Source: Minisyncoccota bacterium
GTDB taxonomy: Bacteria; Patescibacteriota; Minisyncoccia; Phycocordibacterales; JABMNX01
Direction of reading: 5' to 3'
Assembly: GCA_026195275.1 (NCBI GenBank)
Contig: JAPHQU010000003.1
Location: 71,852-135,851, forward strand
Length of the DNA stretch: 64,000 nt
Below the pieces are notes generated by a model, which did no database searches, was not told the DNA's origin, and worked only from the letters and a program-made list of their open reading frames with translations. Shown here piece by piece: positions 29,339 to 39,243 of this stretch. Numbering within the stretch: the first letter of the stretch is position 1; every line of letters starts with the position of its first letter. The position numbers and the translations under genes were made by a program.

Positions 29339-30676
29339 ATGGAAAGAATAGAAAGAACATTGATCGGCGACCTGCGAGAGCACATCGACGAAGAGGTAAC
29401 CATCTCTGGGTGGGTCGACACCGCACGCGACCAGGGCAAGATGGCATTTTTTGATTTCCGTGACCGCACAAGTATGGTACAAGGTGTCGTCTTTGGTAAG
29501 CCTGAGGTGCTCGAGGTCGCGAAGACACTCCGCCCCGAGTGGGTGGTCTCGGTCTCCGGCAAGGTGAACAAACGCCCCGAGAAGATGATCAATGAGAAGG
29601 TTATGAACGGCGATATTGAGCTTGAGATTACCGGTATTGAGGTCTTGAGTGCGGCACACGAGCTTCCGTTTGATATGGATGCCGAGCTCAACCTCGACAC
29701 CTACCTCGACAATATGCCGCTCACGCTCCGCACCGGGCGTAGCCGCGCAATATTCAAAGTACAAGCAGAGATCGTCCGTGCGTATCGCACAGCACTCACT
29801 GAGCTCGGCTTCACTGAGTTTCAAGCACCAAAGCTTGTCGGCGACGATGCTGAAGGGGGCGGCAACGTCTTTAAGGTGGACTATTTCTATGATAAGGACG
29901 CGTACCTCGCGACCTCGCCACAGCTCTACAAGCAGATCATGGTCGGCGTCTTTGAGCGCGTCTTTGCAACCGGCAACGTCTTCCGCGCAGAAAAACACAG
30001 CACAACCCGTCACCTCAACGAGTACACGTCGCTCGATGCCGAGATGGGCTTTGTGAAAGACCACACCGACGTAATGACCACGCTCAGCGAAGTCGTCCGT
30101 CGTGTCTTGAAGCACCTTGAGGAGACGTGCGAAGCGGAGTTTAAAGTCATTGGTGCAACCTTCCCTCAGATGCCTGAAGTAATCCCGGTGATGAAGCTTC
30201 GCGAGGCGCAAGAGATTATCAACAAAGAGACGGGTGAAGACTGCACAAAGGAGCCGGACCTCGAGCCCGCGCACGAGCGATGGCTCTCAGAGTACGCGCT
30301 CAAAGAGCACGGCTCAGACTTTATTTTCATTACCCACTATCCGGTCTCAAAGCGCCCGTTCTACACCTACGAAGACGAAGAAGACCAAGGATTCACCAAG
30401 AGCTTCGACCTGCTTTTCCGCGGTGTCGAGCTCTCAACCGGTGGACAGCGCGTAGACGACCATGACCAGCTCGTAGAGAAGATCAAAGATAAGGGGCTCA
30501 ACCCGGAGAGCTTCTCATACTACCTCCAGGCATTCAAGTACGGCCTACCACCACACGGCGGATGGGGGATGGGGCTTGAGCGTCTCACCGAGAAGATGCT
30601 CGGACTCGATAACGTAAAAGAAGCGACACTCTTCCCGCGAGAGATAAACCGCATCGACACACTCCTTTCAGAATAA
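29339..30676 (+). CDS. aspS: Aspartate--tRNA ligase, archaeal/eukaryote-type (probably non-discriminating)
   Basis: 445 aa, OB fold, SPQLYKQ, FRAEKHSTTRHLNEY, PPHGGWGMGLER; no GAD insertion. Confidence 0.9.
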   Translation: MERIERTLIGDLREHIDEEVTISGWVDTARDQGKMAFFDFRDRTSMVQGVVFGKPEVLEVAKTLRPEWVVSVSGKVNKRPEKMINEKVMNGDIELEITGIEVLSAAHELPFDMDAELNLDTYLDNMPLTLRTGRSRAIFKVQAEIVRAYRTALTELGFTEFQAPKLVGDDAEGGGNVFKVDYFYDKDAYLATSPQLYKQIMVGVFERVFATGNVFRAEKHSTTRHLNEYTSLDAEMGFVKDHTDVMTTLSEVVRRVLKHLEETCEAEFKVIGATFPQMPEVIPVMKLREAQEIINKETGEDCTKEPDLEPAHERWLSEYALKEHGSDFIFITHYPVSKRPFYTYEDEEDQGFTKSFDLLFRGVELSTGGQRVDDHDQLVEKIKDKGLNPESFSYYLQAFKYGLPPHGGWGMGLERLTEKMLGLDNVKEATLFPREINRIDTLLSE

Positions 30677-30688
30677 CCACACATCAAC

Positions 30689-32092
30689 ATGAAGATCACA
30701 GTCACCGCAAAGAAAGCATCGACGCGCCCGAAGGGCGTTGTTCGTATTACGCTCTCTGAGAAAGGGCAGACTAAGTTCATCGAAGCAGACGGAGTGACCG
30801 AATTGCGCATTAAGGTTGGTGCGATCAAGAAAGACGAGCGACGAAAGTTCGTAAAAGCGGTGCGCCGTGTGGTGCGCACCGCACAGCAGTACCAGTGCGA
30901 GAAAGTTGCTATCGACCTCAATGAGTTCACCCGCTTCACTGACCTCTCCGGCAAAGAGCTCGGCTCGACCATCACTCAGAACCTCGTCATGGCCGCCTAT
31001 GAGTTCCGTAAATTCAAAACCAAACCTAAAGATGGATGGAAAGATATTAAGGAACTCTTCTTCGCTAGCGTCTCCGCGAAGACAGTGTCTGAAGGAGCCC
31101 AAGAGGGTATCGTGATTGGGGAGATGGTAGATGAGTGTCGCACGATTGCAAACACGCCGGGAGGAGATATGACTCCAACATCGCTTGCCGCAGAAGCAAA
31201 ACGACTGGCGAAGGGTACCGGGGCTTCTGTGCGTGTGCTTGGTAGACGCGATATGGAGCGTCTTTCCATGGGAGCAATTCTTGGTGTTGCAAAAGGTTCT
31301 GTCGAAGAGCCTAAGTTCATCATCATGGAATACAAAGGGGGGAAGAAGTCTGAACGTCCAGTGGTACTTGTTGGGAAGGGGGTCACCTATGACACCGGTG
31401 GCATCAACCTCAAACCCTCATCTGCGCTTCTTGGGATGCACTTTGATATGTCCGGAGGATCAGCGGTCATGGCAACAGTTGCGCTTGTGGCAAAGCTCAA
31501 GCTCAAGAAGAATGTCATCGGACTTATTCCGTCGGTTGAGAATATGGCGTCCGGAAGCGCGGTGCGCCCCGGAGACGTGCTTACCACTATGTCAGGAAAG
31601 ACGGTTGAGGTCCTCAACACTGACGCCGAGGGGCGTCTCATTCTCGCTGACGCGCTCACCTACGCGAAGCGTTATAACCCAAAGCACGTAATCGATGTCG
31701 CCACACTTACCGGGGCATCACTTGTCGCGCTCGGACAACATACCTCAGTGGTGATGTCTCGCGATGACGCGTTTGCCTCGAGGCTTATTGAGCTCGGCGA
31801 AAAATCAGGTGACTACCTCTGGCGACTGCCGCTCTGGGAAGAATATGAAGAAGAGGTGCGCGGCCAAGTTGCTGACATCGCAAACTTGAGCACTAAGAAC
31901 CCGCAGTATGGTGGTGCCATCAATGGCGGCATTTTCCTACTTCAGTTTGCAAAAGATTTCATAAAGGATTGCTCGTGGGCACACATCGACATCGCCCCGC
32001 GTATGACCACGATTCCGAGCGACAACCTTGCCACTGGTGCGGCGGGGGAGCCGGTGCGGCTCTTGACCCGCTTCATAGCTGACCTTACATAA
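30689..32092 (+). CDS. pepA: Leucyl aminopeptidase (M17)
   Basis: VGKGVTYDTGG, DMSG, NTDAEGRL, DVATLTG. Confidence 0.93.
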   Translation: MKITVTAKKASTRPKGVVRITLSEKGQTKFIEADGVTELRIKVGAIKKDERRKFVKAVRRVVRTAQQYQCEKVAIDLNEFTRFTDLSGKELGSTITQNLVMAAYEFRKFKTKPKDGWKDIKELFFASVSAKTVSEGAQEGIVIGEMVDECRTIANTPGGDMTPTSLAAEAKRLAKGTGASVRVLGRRDMERLSMGAILGVAKGSVEEPKFIIMEYKGGKKSERPVVLVGKGVTYDTGGINLKPSSALLGMHFDMSGGSAVMATVALVAKLKLKKNVIGLIPSVENMASGSAVRPGDVLTTMSGKTVEVLNTDAEGRLILADALTYAKRYNPKHVIDVATLTGASLVALGQHTSVVMSRDDAFASRLIELGEKSGDYLWRLPLWEEYEEEVRGQVADIANLSTKNPQYGGAINGGIFLLQFAKDFIKDCSWAHIDIAPRMTTIPSDNLATGAAGEPVRLLTRFIADLT

Positions 32093-32094
32093 AA

Positions 32095-32838
32095 ATGGAC
32101 GAGGAGTTTAAGATAAAAATCGAAGGGTTTGAAGGTCCGCTGGACCTTTTGCTTTCCCTTATTGAAAAGCGCAAGCTCCCAATCAATGACGTATCGCTGG
32201 CAGCGGTGACCGACGAGTATATTCAGTTCATTGAGAGACAGAAAGACTTTCCACTCTCACAAGCATCACACTTTGTACTCATTGCCTCGACACTCCTCCT
32301 TATCAAATCAAAGTCGCTTCTCCCAACACTCAACCTTACCGAAGAAGAGGAAGAGGACATCGAGAAACTTGAAGAGCGCCTCAAGCTCTACAAGCGCACC
32401 AAGGAACTGTCCGTGCATATCTCGGAGCGTTTTGGGAAACGTGTATTGCTCAGTGCACAGGACAGTAAATCGTTTGAGCCGGTCTTCTCCCCACCTCAAG
32501 ATGCAACACTCGCCTCACTTGGCGAGGCTGTGGCACATGTCATCGCGGCGCTTCCTAAGGTAAAAGCGGTTCCCGAGGCAATCGTTAAGAAAGTCGTGAG
32601 CCTTGAAGAGATGATCGACAACCTCACCGATAGGGTCACAAAGAACCTCCGCATGAGCTTCTTTGACTTCTCGAAGGCCGGTAAATCCATCGACAAGGAA
32701 GAGAAGGTCGAGGTTATTGTGGGATTCTTGGCTCTGCTTGAGTTGGTAAAACAGGGTATAATAAATGCAACACAAGAGAATAAATTCTCAGATATAACCA
32801 TGGAGACCGACACTGTCGGTATTCCTAAGTATGAGTAA
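32095..32838 (+). CDS. scpA: Segregation and condensation protein A
   Basis: FEGPLDLLL, LLLIKSKSLLP, FLALLELVK. Confidence 0.94.
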   Translation: MDEEFKIKIEGFEGPLDLLLSLIEKRKLPINDVSLAAVTDEYIQFIERQKDFPLSQASHFVLIASTLLLIKSKSLLPTLNLTEEEEEDIEKLEERLKLYKRTKELSVHISERFGKRVLLSAQDSKSFEPVFSPPQDATLASLGEAVAHVIAALPKVKAVPEAIVKKVVSLEEMIDNLTDRVTKNLRMSFFDFSKAGKSIDKEEKVEVIVGFLALLELVKQGIINATQENKFSDITMETDTVGIPKYE

Positions 32839-32840
32839 GT

Positions 32841-33398
32841 ATGAACGAAAGTCTCTCAGCACAACTCGAAGCAGTACTCTTCTTTAAGAATGAACCCTTG
32901 AAGAAGACTTGGCTCGCAAAAACCCTCGGCAAGACCGAAAGCGAGATTGACGCCGGAGTCGCAACGCTCAAAGAACAGCTTTCCGGTCGGGGTATCACCC
33001 TTATGGAGAAAGATGGGGAAATAGCGCTCCGTACCGCACCCGCGTACAGTGAGTCGCTTATGGATATCCGTAAAGACGAACTTGCGCGTGACCTCGGTAA
33101 GGCTGGCCTTGAGACACTCTCGATCATCCTCTATCGCGGTCCGGTAACCCGCGCAGACATCGACTACATCCGCGGTGTGAACTCCACTTTTATCCTGCGA
33201 AGCATGCTCATCCGCGGACTTGTAGAGAAGGTCACCAACCCGAAAGACGCCCGTGCGTACTTGTACCAGCCGACCTTTGAGCTTCTCTCATACCTGGGAG
33301 TATCTTCCGTGGAAGAGTTGCCCGAGTATCAGGAGGTGCGTGCAGAGATTACTGTATTTGAGACGCAGAAAGAAGAAAAGGAAGAGCAAGCAGCATAA
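32841..33398 (+). CDS. scpB: Segregation and condensation protein B
   Basis: LEAVLF, LETLSIILYRGPVTRADIDYIRGVNS. Confidence 0.94.
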   Translation: MNESLSAQLEAVLFFKNEPLKKTWLAKTLGKTESEIDAGVATLKEQLSGRGITLMEKDGEIALRTAPAYSESLMDIRKDELARDLGKAGLETLSIILYRGPVTRADIDYIRGVNSTFILRSMLIRGLVEKVTNPKDARAYLYQPTFELLSYLGVSSVEELPEYQEVRAEITVFETQKEEKEEQAA

Positions 33399-33400
33399 CC

Positions 33401-34426
33401 ATGGAAGACCTACAGACACAAAACAATATCCCGGAAGACAATACCCCAGAAGCACCGCAGGAGCGCGCATCTGAGGAGACGATTATCGACCCACAGACAC
33501 TGCTTCGCGTAGGCTTGCTCGGAATCGTGCTCGTTATCATCGTGTACACCTTTGGTGAGCGAGCGCTTCCGCGCTTCTTTTCAACGGCAGCGGTTGTAGT
33601 GTCTGATACGCAGATAGAGGAAGCGATCGACCCTTTTACTCTCATCAACATCGAAGCCTCTGCCGCATATGTATATGACTTCTCAAATGACGAAGTGCTC
33701 TTCGCGAAAAATGAGTCTGCACAGCTCCCGCTCGCGTCTCTTACCAAGGTCATGACCGCGCTCGTAGCTTCTGAGAAAGTCTCAGCAGATACCGCGATCG
33801 TACTAAGTGATAAATCAATCGCAGTTGACGGTGATAGCGGTCTTAAGGCAGGGGAGGTGTGGAACTTTAAAGATCTCCTCGACTATACACTCGTCGTCTC
33901 TTCCAACGATGGCGCACACGCGATTGCCGGTGTGGCAGGCTCGTTTGAACGATCCACACAAGCCAATGAGAAAGACTCACATGCGGCTTTCGTCGAGCTT
34001 ATGAATGCAACAGCTCAAGAACTTGGGTTATTGCAGACCTACTTTATTAATGAAAGCGGACTTGATACGAATACCGAGGTGAGTGGGGGCTATGGCTCCG
34101 CGCAAGATATGGCGACGTTGCTTTCGTTTGTTGTGAGTGAGCGACCACATCTTCTCGAGGCAACCTCTTTTAATACTCTTCAGTTTGCTTCAGAGGACGG
34201 GTTCATCTACAATGCGACAAATACAAATGCCGCGATTGGTGTCATCCCGGGAATCATCGCCTCAAAGACCGGATATACCGAACTTGCTGGCGGTAACCTC
34301 ATGGTTGCATTTGATGCGGGAATCAATCGACCTATTGTTGCGATTGTCCTCGGGTCGAGCTTTGACGGGCGGTTTAGCGATATGGAGCAACTCGTGAACG
34401 CGACACTTACTAAAATAATCCAGTAA
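33401..34426 (+). CDS. D-alanyl-D-alanine carboxypeptidase (S11)
   Basis: ASLTK (SxxK), SSND (SxN), SKTGYT (KTG); N-terminal TM. Confidence 0.9.
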   Translation: MEDLQTQNNIPEDNTPEAPQERASEETIIDPQTLLRVGLLGIVLVIIVYTFGERALPRFFSTAAVVVSDTQIEEAIDPFTLINIEASAAYVYDFSNDEVLFAKNESAQLPLASLTKVMTALVASEKVSADTAIVLSDKSIAVDGDSGLKAGEVWNFKDLLDYTLVVSSNDGAHAIAGVAGSFERSTQANEKDSHAAFVELMNATAQELGLLQTYFINESGLDTNTEVSGGYGSAQDMATLLSFVVSERPHLLEATSFNTLQFASEDGFIYNATNTNAAIGVIPGIIASKTGYTELAGGNLMVAFDAGINRPIVAIVLGSSFDGRFSDMEQLVNATLTKIIQ

Positions 34427-34428
34427 TC

Positions 34429-35517
34429 ATGGGAACCATAGTAATCATCGACATTGTACGCGTCATTGTGCCGGCGGCGCTGGCATTCTTTATTGGAATT
34501 ACGATTACGCCGGTTATTGCGCATTATCTCTACAAATACAAAGCGTGGAAGAAGAAAGCAGGGAAGGGTGTTGGCTACGGCGGAGGGGCTACCCCGATTT
34601 TTGATGAACTTCATAAAGGGAAAGATACCGGGACTCCGCGCATGGGCGGAATCGTCATCTGGGCGAGTGTGTGTATCACAATTATCGGCATTTGGTTCCT
34701 TAACGTGATCGGCCCGAACCCAATCCTTGAGAGCTTCAACTTCCTCAGTCGAAGCCAGACGTGGCTACCGTTCTTGGCACTCATGGTCGGTGCTATTGTT
34801 GGACTCGTCGACGACGTTCTCGTCGTGCGTGGCACCGGGAAGCACTTTGCTGGTGGTCTCCCGCTCTCACAACGACTCCTTACCGTGGGGTCTGTCGCGC
34901 TCTTCGCCGCATGGTGGTTCTACGACAAACTTGAAATCAGTAGTATCAATATCCCATTCGACGGCTCACTTGAACTCGGTGTGTTCTTCATTCCATTTTT
35001 CGTACTCGTCGCACTCGCAATTTACGCAAGTGGCGTCATTGACGGTATCGACGGTCTCTCTGGGGGCGTGTTTGCAACCATCTTCGCGGCATATGCCGGT
35101 ATCGCGTTCTACCAACAGCAGTACGACATCGCAGCACTCTGCGCGACTCTCGTTGGCGGTATTCTGGCATTTCTTTGGTTTAATATCCCACCGGCGCGTT
35201 TCTACATGACCGAGACTGGCATCATGGGGCTCACCATGGCGCTCACCGTGGTCGCATTTATGACCGACGTGCTCGGCGAGGGGAACGGCGTCTTCGCGCT
35301 TCCTATCGTCGGACTCCTTCTCGTCTTTACCGTACTCTCTGTGGTGATCCAGGTTACTTCAAAGAAGCTTCGGGGAGGGAAGAAGGTTTTCAAGGTTGCA
35401 CCGCTCCACCACCACTTTGAAGCGATTGGTTGGCCGGGCTACAAGGTCGCCATGCGCTACTGGGTCATCAGCATCATCTGCGCCGTATTGGGCATCATCG
35501 TCGCCCTAGCAGGGTAG
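34429..35517 (+). CDS. mraY: Phospho-N-acetylmuramoyl-pentapeptide transferase (divergent)
   Basis: TPRMGG, GLVDD, DGIDGL, APLHHHFE; next to ftsW-murG. Confidence 0.9.
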   Translation: MGTIVIIDIVRVIVPAALAFFIGITITPVIAHYLYKYKAWKKKAGKGVGYGGGATPIFDELHKGKDTGTPRMGGIVIWASVCITIIGIWFLNVIGPNPILESFNFLSRSQTWLPFLALMVGAIVGLVDDVLVVRGTGKHFAGGLPLSQRLLTVGSVALFAAWWFYDKLEISSINIPFDGSLELGVFFIPFFVLVALAIYASGVIDGIDGLSGGVFATIFAAYAGIAFYQQQYDIAALCATLVGGILAFLWFNIPPARFYMTETGIMGLTMALTVVAFMTDVLGEGNGVFALPIVGLLLVFTVLSVVIQVTSKKLRGGKKVFKVAPLHHHFEAIGWPGYKVAMRYWVISIICAVLGIIVALAG

Positions 35518-35645
35518 AGTTCGAATCCCAGACAGCCAGTAAGTCAAACACCTCACTCATGTGAGGTGTTTCTTCCGGCTATTATGAGCTCTGTTTGGGT
35601 AAACGCCTCATACGTATGAGGCGTTGATTTGGTATACTGATACAC

Positions 35646-36737
35646 ATGAAGACTATGGATCGGCCGCTTTTGCTTATCACTGTGATACTCGCGGTGGTCG
35701 GTTTCTTTATTTTTACCTCGGCTTCGCTCGGGCTCCTCGCGCGTGAAGGGCCACGCTTTTCTTCTATAGCGTTCAACCAGATATTCTTTGGTATGATATT
35801 GGGCACCGCGGCGCTCCTCCTCACTTCAAAGATACGTTTTCGCATGTGGAAGATGTACGCACCGTATATATTCGGTCTCTCGATACTTGCGACCCTCCTT
35901 GTGTTTATACCCGGGCTCGGGCTTGAGCTCCATGGCGCAAAGCGCTGGGTTGAAGTATTCAAGTTTTCATTCCAACCCGCTGAGATCCTCAAACTCGGAT
36001 TTGTTATCTACCTCGCCGCATACCTCGCCGGAGCACGACAAAGGCTTCATGAGTACCGCCACGGGCTCATTCCGTTTGCGCTCATTCTCGGCGTGCCGAG
36101 TCTGATCTTACTCCTGCAACCGGACACCGGGACAGTGCTGGTAATCGCGTCAGCCGCCACGGCGATGTACATCGTCGCAGGAGGAAAGATTCGTGATCTC
36201 CTTATTCTTTTTGTTATAGCAGTACTCGCGCTCGGAGCGCTTGTGTATCAGCGTCCATACCTACGCGACCGTGTTGAGTCATACATCAGTCCTGAAAAGC
36301 ACCTACAAGAGTCGGGCTACCAGCTCAATCAGTCACTCATTGCAATTGGCTCCGGTGGCATCTTCGGGCGCGGCTTCGGACAAAGCATCCAAAAGTTCAA
36401 CTATCTTCCTGAGCCGATAGGGGACTCAATCTTCGCGGTAGCGGCGGAAGAATTCGGCTTCCTCGGGGCGCTGGTGCTTATATTCCTCTTCCTTGCATTT
36501 TGCTTCCGGGGACTCAAGATTGCTTCCCGAGCACCAGACTATTTCAGTGGACTCTTGGTTGTGGGTATTGTTATACTGATTGTATCGCAGTCTTTTATCA
36601 ATATCGGTTCCATGCTTGGCGTTTTCCCGCTGACCGGTTTGCCACTGCTCTTTATCAGTCATGGTGGCACTGCGCTTCTATTCGCTCTTGCATCGGTCGG
36701 TATTGTCTTGAATATCTCTAAGTATCAAAAACATTAA
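35646..36737 (+). CDS. ftsW: SEDS family protein FtsW
   Basis: GAKRW, FQPAE, LQPD, LPEPIGDSIF, TGLPLLFISHGG. Confidence 0.92.
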   Translation: MKTMDRPLLLITVILAVVGFFIFTSASLGLLAREGPRFSSIAFNQIFFGMILGTAALLLTSKIRFRMWKMYAPYIFGLSILATLLVFIPGLGLELHGAKRWVEVFKFSFQPAEILKLGFVIYLAAYLAGARQRLHEYRHGLIPFALILGVPSLILLLQPDTGTVLVIASAATAMYIVAGGKIRDLLILFVIAVLALGALVYQRPYLRDRVESYISPEKHLQESGYQLNQSLIAIGSGGIFGRGFGQSIQKFNYLPEPIGDSIFAVAAEEFGFLGALVLIFLFLAFCFRGLKIASRAPDYFSGLLVVGIVILIVSQSFINIGSMLGVFPLTGLPLLFISHGGTALLFALASVGIVLNISKYQKH

Positions 36738-36740
36738 TCT

Positions 36741-37871
36741 ATGCGTATTGTCTTTACAGGAGGAGGAACCGGCGGACATTTCTACCCAATCATCGCAGTG
36801 GCTGAGAAGGTGCGCTCGATCGCAGCTGAGCAGAAACTCTTGCCCCCAAAGATGTACTACTTCGGACCAGAACCGTTTGACGCACGAGCGCTTTTTGAAC
36901 TCGACATCGAACACCGCTACAGTAGCGCCGGCAAGATGCGCACATACCCGTCGATCTGGAATTATATCGATATGGCAAAGACGCTCTGGGGTGCCTTTCT
37001 CGCGCTTATACAGCTTTTTGTTATCTATCCGGATGTCGTCTTCAGCAAGGGAGGGTATGCGAGTTTCCCAACGGTATTTGCGGCACGCCTCCTGCGCATC
37101 CCGGTGGTGGTACACGAGTCAGACGCAGTGATGGGGCGGGCAAATGCCTGGGCGGCAAAATTCGCAGACAGTATCGCCATCTCATACCCCGGTGTCGCAA
37201 AAGAGTTCGGCGACGAGCGCGTGGCGCTCACCGGTAACCCAATCAGAGAGGATCTTTTCCGCCCAGAGAAGGAGGGTGCCTTTGAGTATCTTAATCTCGA
37301 ACCAAGTGTTCCGGTTATTCTCATTCTCGGTGGCTCGCAAGGTGCACAAGCGATAAATGACACGGTCATCGACGCGCTCGCCGAGCTTCTGCCGCGCTTC
37401 CAAGTAATCCATCAGACCGGTGAGAAGAATCTTGAGAGTGTGGAGCGTCGTGCATCGGTGCTCCTAGCTGACCCTCAACAGAAGAGGCGCTACCACACCT
37501 TTGGTCTCTTAAACACGCTCGCGCTCCGCATGGCCTACGGCGCTGCAGACCTTGTTATATCTCGCGCCGGTTCAGGTGGAATTTTCGAAACCGCAGCAGC
37601 GCACAAACCAAGTATCATTATCCCGATACCACGAGACATCTCACGTGACCAAAGCACGAACGCGTTCTCATATGCGCGCTCCGGTGCCGCCATCGTGATT
37701 GAGCAAAACAATCTCACGCCACATCTGCTCTCAAGCGAGATAATCCGACTCTTCGATAATCCTGATGAAATGGAGAAGATGGGGAAGGCTGCTGAAGGAT
37801 TCGCGCGATCAGACGCCGCCAATGTTATCGCGAAGAAGTTGGTCAACATCGGTATTGAGCACGAAAACTAG
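36741..37871 (+). CDS. murG: MurG glycosyltransferase
   Basis: GGGTGGH, KGGYAS, HESD, GNPIR, GGSQG, ISRAG. Confidence 0.95.
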   Translation: MRIVFTGGGTGGHFYPIIAVAEKVRSIAAEQKLLPPKMYYFGPEPFDARALFELDIEHRYSSAGKMRTYPSIWNYIDMAKTLWGAFLALIQLFVIYPDVVFSKGGYASFPTVFAARLLRIPVVVHESDAVMGRANAWAAKFADSIAISYPGVAKEFGDERVALTGNPIREDLFRPEKEGAFEYLNLEPSVPVILILGGSQGAQAINDTVIDALAELLPRFQVIHQTGEKNLESVERRASVLLADPQQKRRYHTFGLLNTLALRMAYGAADLVISRAGSGGIFETAAAHKPSIIIPIPRDISRDQSTNAFSYARSGAAIVIEQNNLTPHLLSSEIIRLFDNPDEMEKMGKAAEGFARSDAANVIAKKLVNIGIEHEN

Positions 37872-37878
37872 AACTGTT

Positions 37879-39243
37879 ATGTTTTTTCTAAAGAAACTAT
37901 TTTCATCTAAAAAAATGGTCACGCGCATCGCACCAAGTCCGACTGGGCTTTTCCATGTGGGAACGGCACGCTCAGCACTCTTTAATTATCTTGTTGCTAA
38001 AAAATATGGAGGTGAGTTTATCGTGCGCATTGAAGACACTGACCGAGAACGCAGTAAGCCCGAATACGAGAAAGATATCCTTGATGGCATGGAATGGCTC
38101 GGACTTTCATGGGACGCGCTCTATCGCCAGTCTGAACGGACCGATATTTACACGAAATATCTTAAAAAACTCATCAGGAGTGGTCATGCGTATATCTCTA
38201 AAGAAGAAAGTAAAACAAAGCCGGGGGAGACAGTCGAAGTGGTGCGGCTCAAGAACCCCGGTGAAGACGTTACTTTTACCGACCAGATCCGCGGGGAGAT
38301 AACGTTCAATACTGCCGAGCTAGGGGATTTTGTCATTGCGAAGTCACTCACCGAGCCGCTCTATCATCTTGCGGTTGTTGTTGACGACTTTGAAATGGGA
38401 GTGACCGACGTGATCCGCGGAGAAGACCATGTCTCAAACACCCCACGACAGATCCTTATCCAGCGCGCTCTGGGCATCAAGCAACCAAAATATGCCCATA
38501 TTCCACTCATTTTGGCCTCAGATCGCTCAAAACTCTCTAAACGGAAGGGAGCAACCTCTATCACCGAATACCGCAAATTAGGCTACCTCCCCGAAGCGCT
38601 TGTGAACTACCTTGCGCTCCTTGGCTGGAATCCGGGAACCGAGAAAGAGGTCTACACGCTCGACGAGCTTGTGTGTGACTTCTCACTTGAACAGGTGCAG
38701 AAAGGTGGTGCTATATTTGATACCCAAAAACTTAACTGGTTCAACAAAGAACACGTCAGGGGGTTGCCGCACGAAAAACTTCTCTCGCTAATCGAGAGCG
38801 CTCTCCCGAAGCGTGTGAAGGAACTGCCACAATACTCAAAAGAACGCTTAGATAAAGCGAGCAAGGTGTTCATTGAACGTGTTGAGTCTCTCAGTGAACT
38901 CACCGAGCTCGCTGAAGCAGGGGAGTTTGATTACTTTTTTGACACCCCCAAGATGGAAGCAAAACTCTCTTGGAAAGATGACCCAATAGAGAAGAGTACT
39001 GGGAACCTCAGCGGTGTGCTTGAGCGTATTGATGTGGTTCCAGAAAACACATTCACCGCTAGCTCAGTAAAGGAAGCTGTTTGGGATTTTGCGGGAGAGC
39101 AGGGGAGGGGGTCAGTGCTCTGGCCGATGCGTGTCGCGCTCTCAGGAAAAGATAAATCTCCCGACCCATTTGAGCTCTCTGAGATACTCGGGAAGGATGA
39201 GACAAGTAAGCGCTTGCGAGACGCGTATGAAAATAGACTTTAA
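37879..39243 (+). CDS. gltX: Glutamate--tRNA ligase
   Basis: RIAPSPTG..HVG, RIEDTD, IRGEDH, KLSKR; start 37879 or 37915. Confidence 0.96.
   Translation: MFFLKKLFSSKKMVTRIAPSPTGLFHVGTARSALFNYLVAKKYGGEFIVRIEDTDRERSKPEYEKDILDGMEWLGLSWDALYRQSERTDIYTKYLKKLIRSGHAYISKEESKTKPGETVEVVRLKNPGEDVTFTDQIRGEITFNTAELGDFVIAKSLTEPLYHLAVVVDDFEMGVTDVIRGEDHVSNTPRQILIQRALGIKQPKYAHIPLILASDRSKLSKRKGATSITEYRKLGYLPEALVNYLALLGWNPGTEKEVYTLDELVCDFSLEQVQKGGAIFDTQKLNWFNKEHVRGLPHEKLLSLIESALPKRVKELPQYSKERLDKASKVFIERVESLSELTELAEAGEFDYFFDTPKMEAKLSWKDDPIEKSTGNLSGVLERIDVVPENTFTASSVKEAVWDFAGEQGRGSVLWPMRVALSGKDKSPDPFELSEILGKDETSKRLRDAYENRL

Noticed and set aside
35511-35540. tRNA gene at GTTCGAATCCC
   Set aside because: No cloverleaf can be built; the upstream sequence is the mraY coding end
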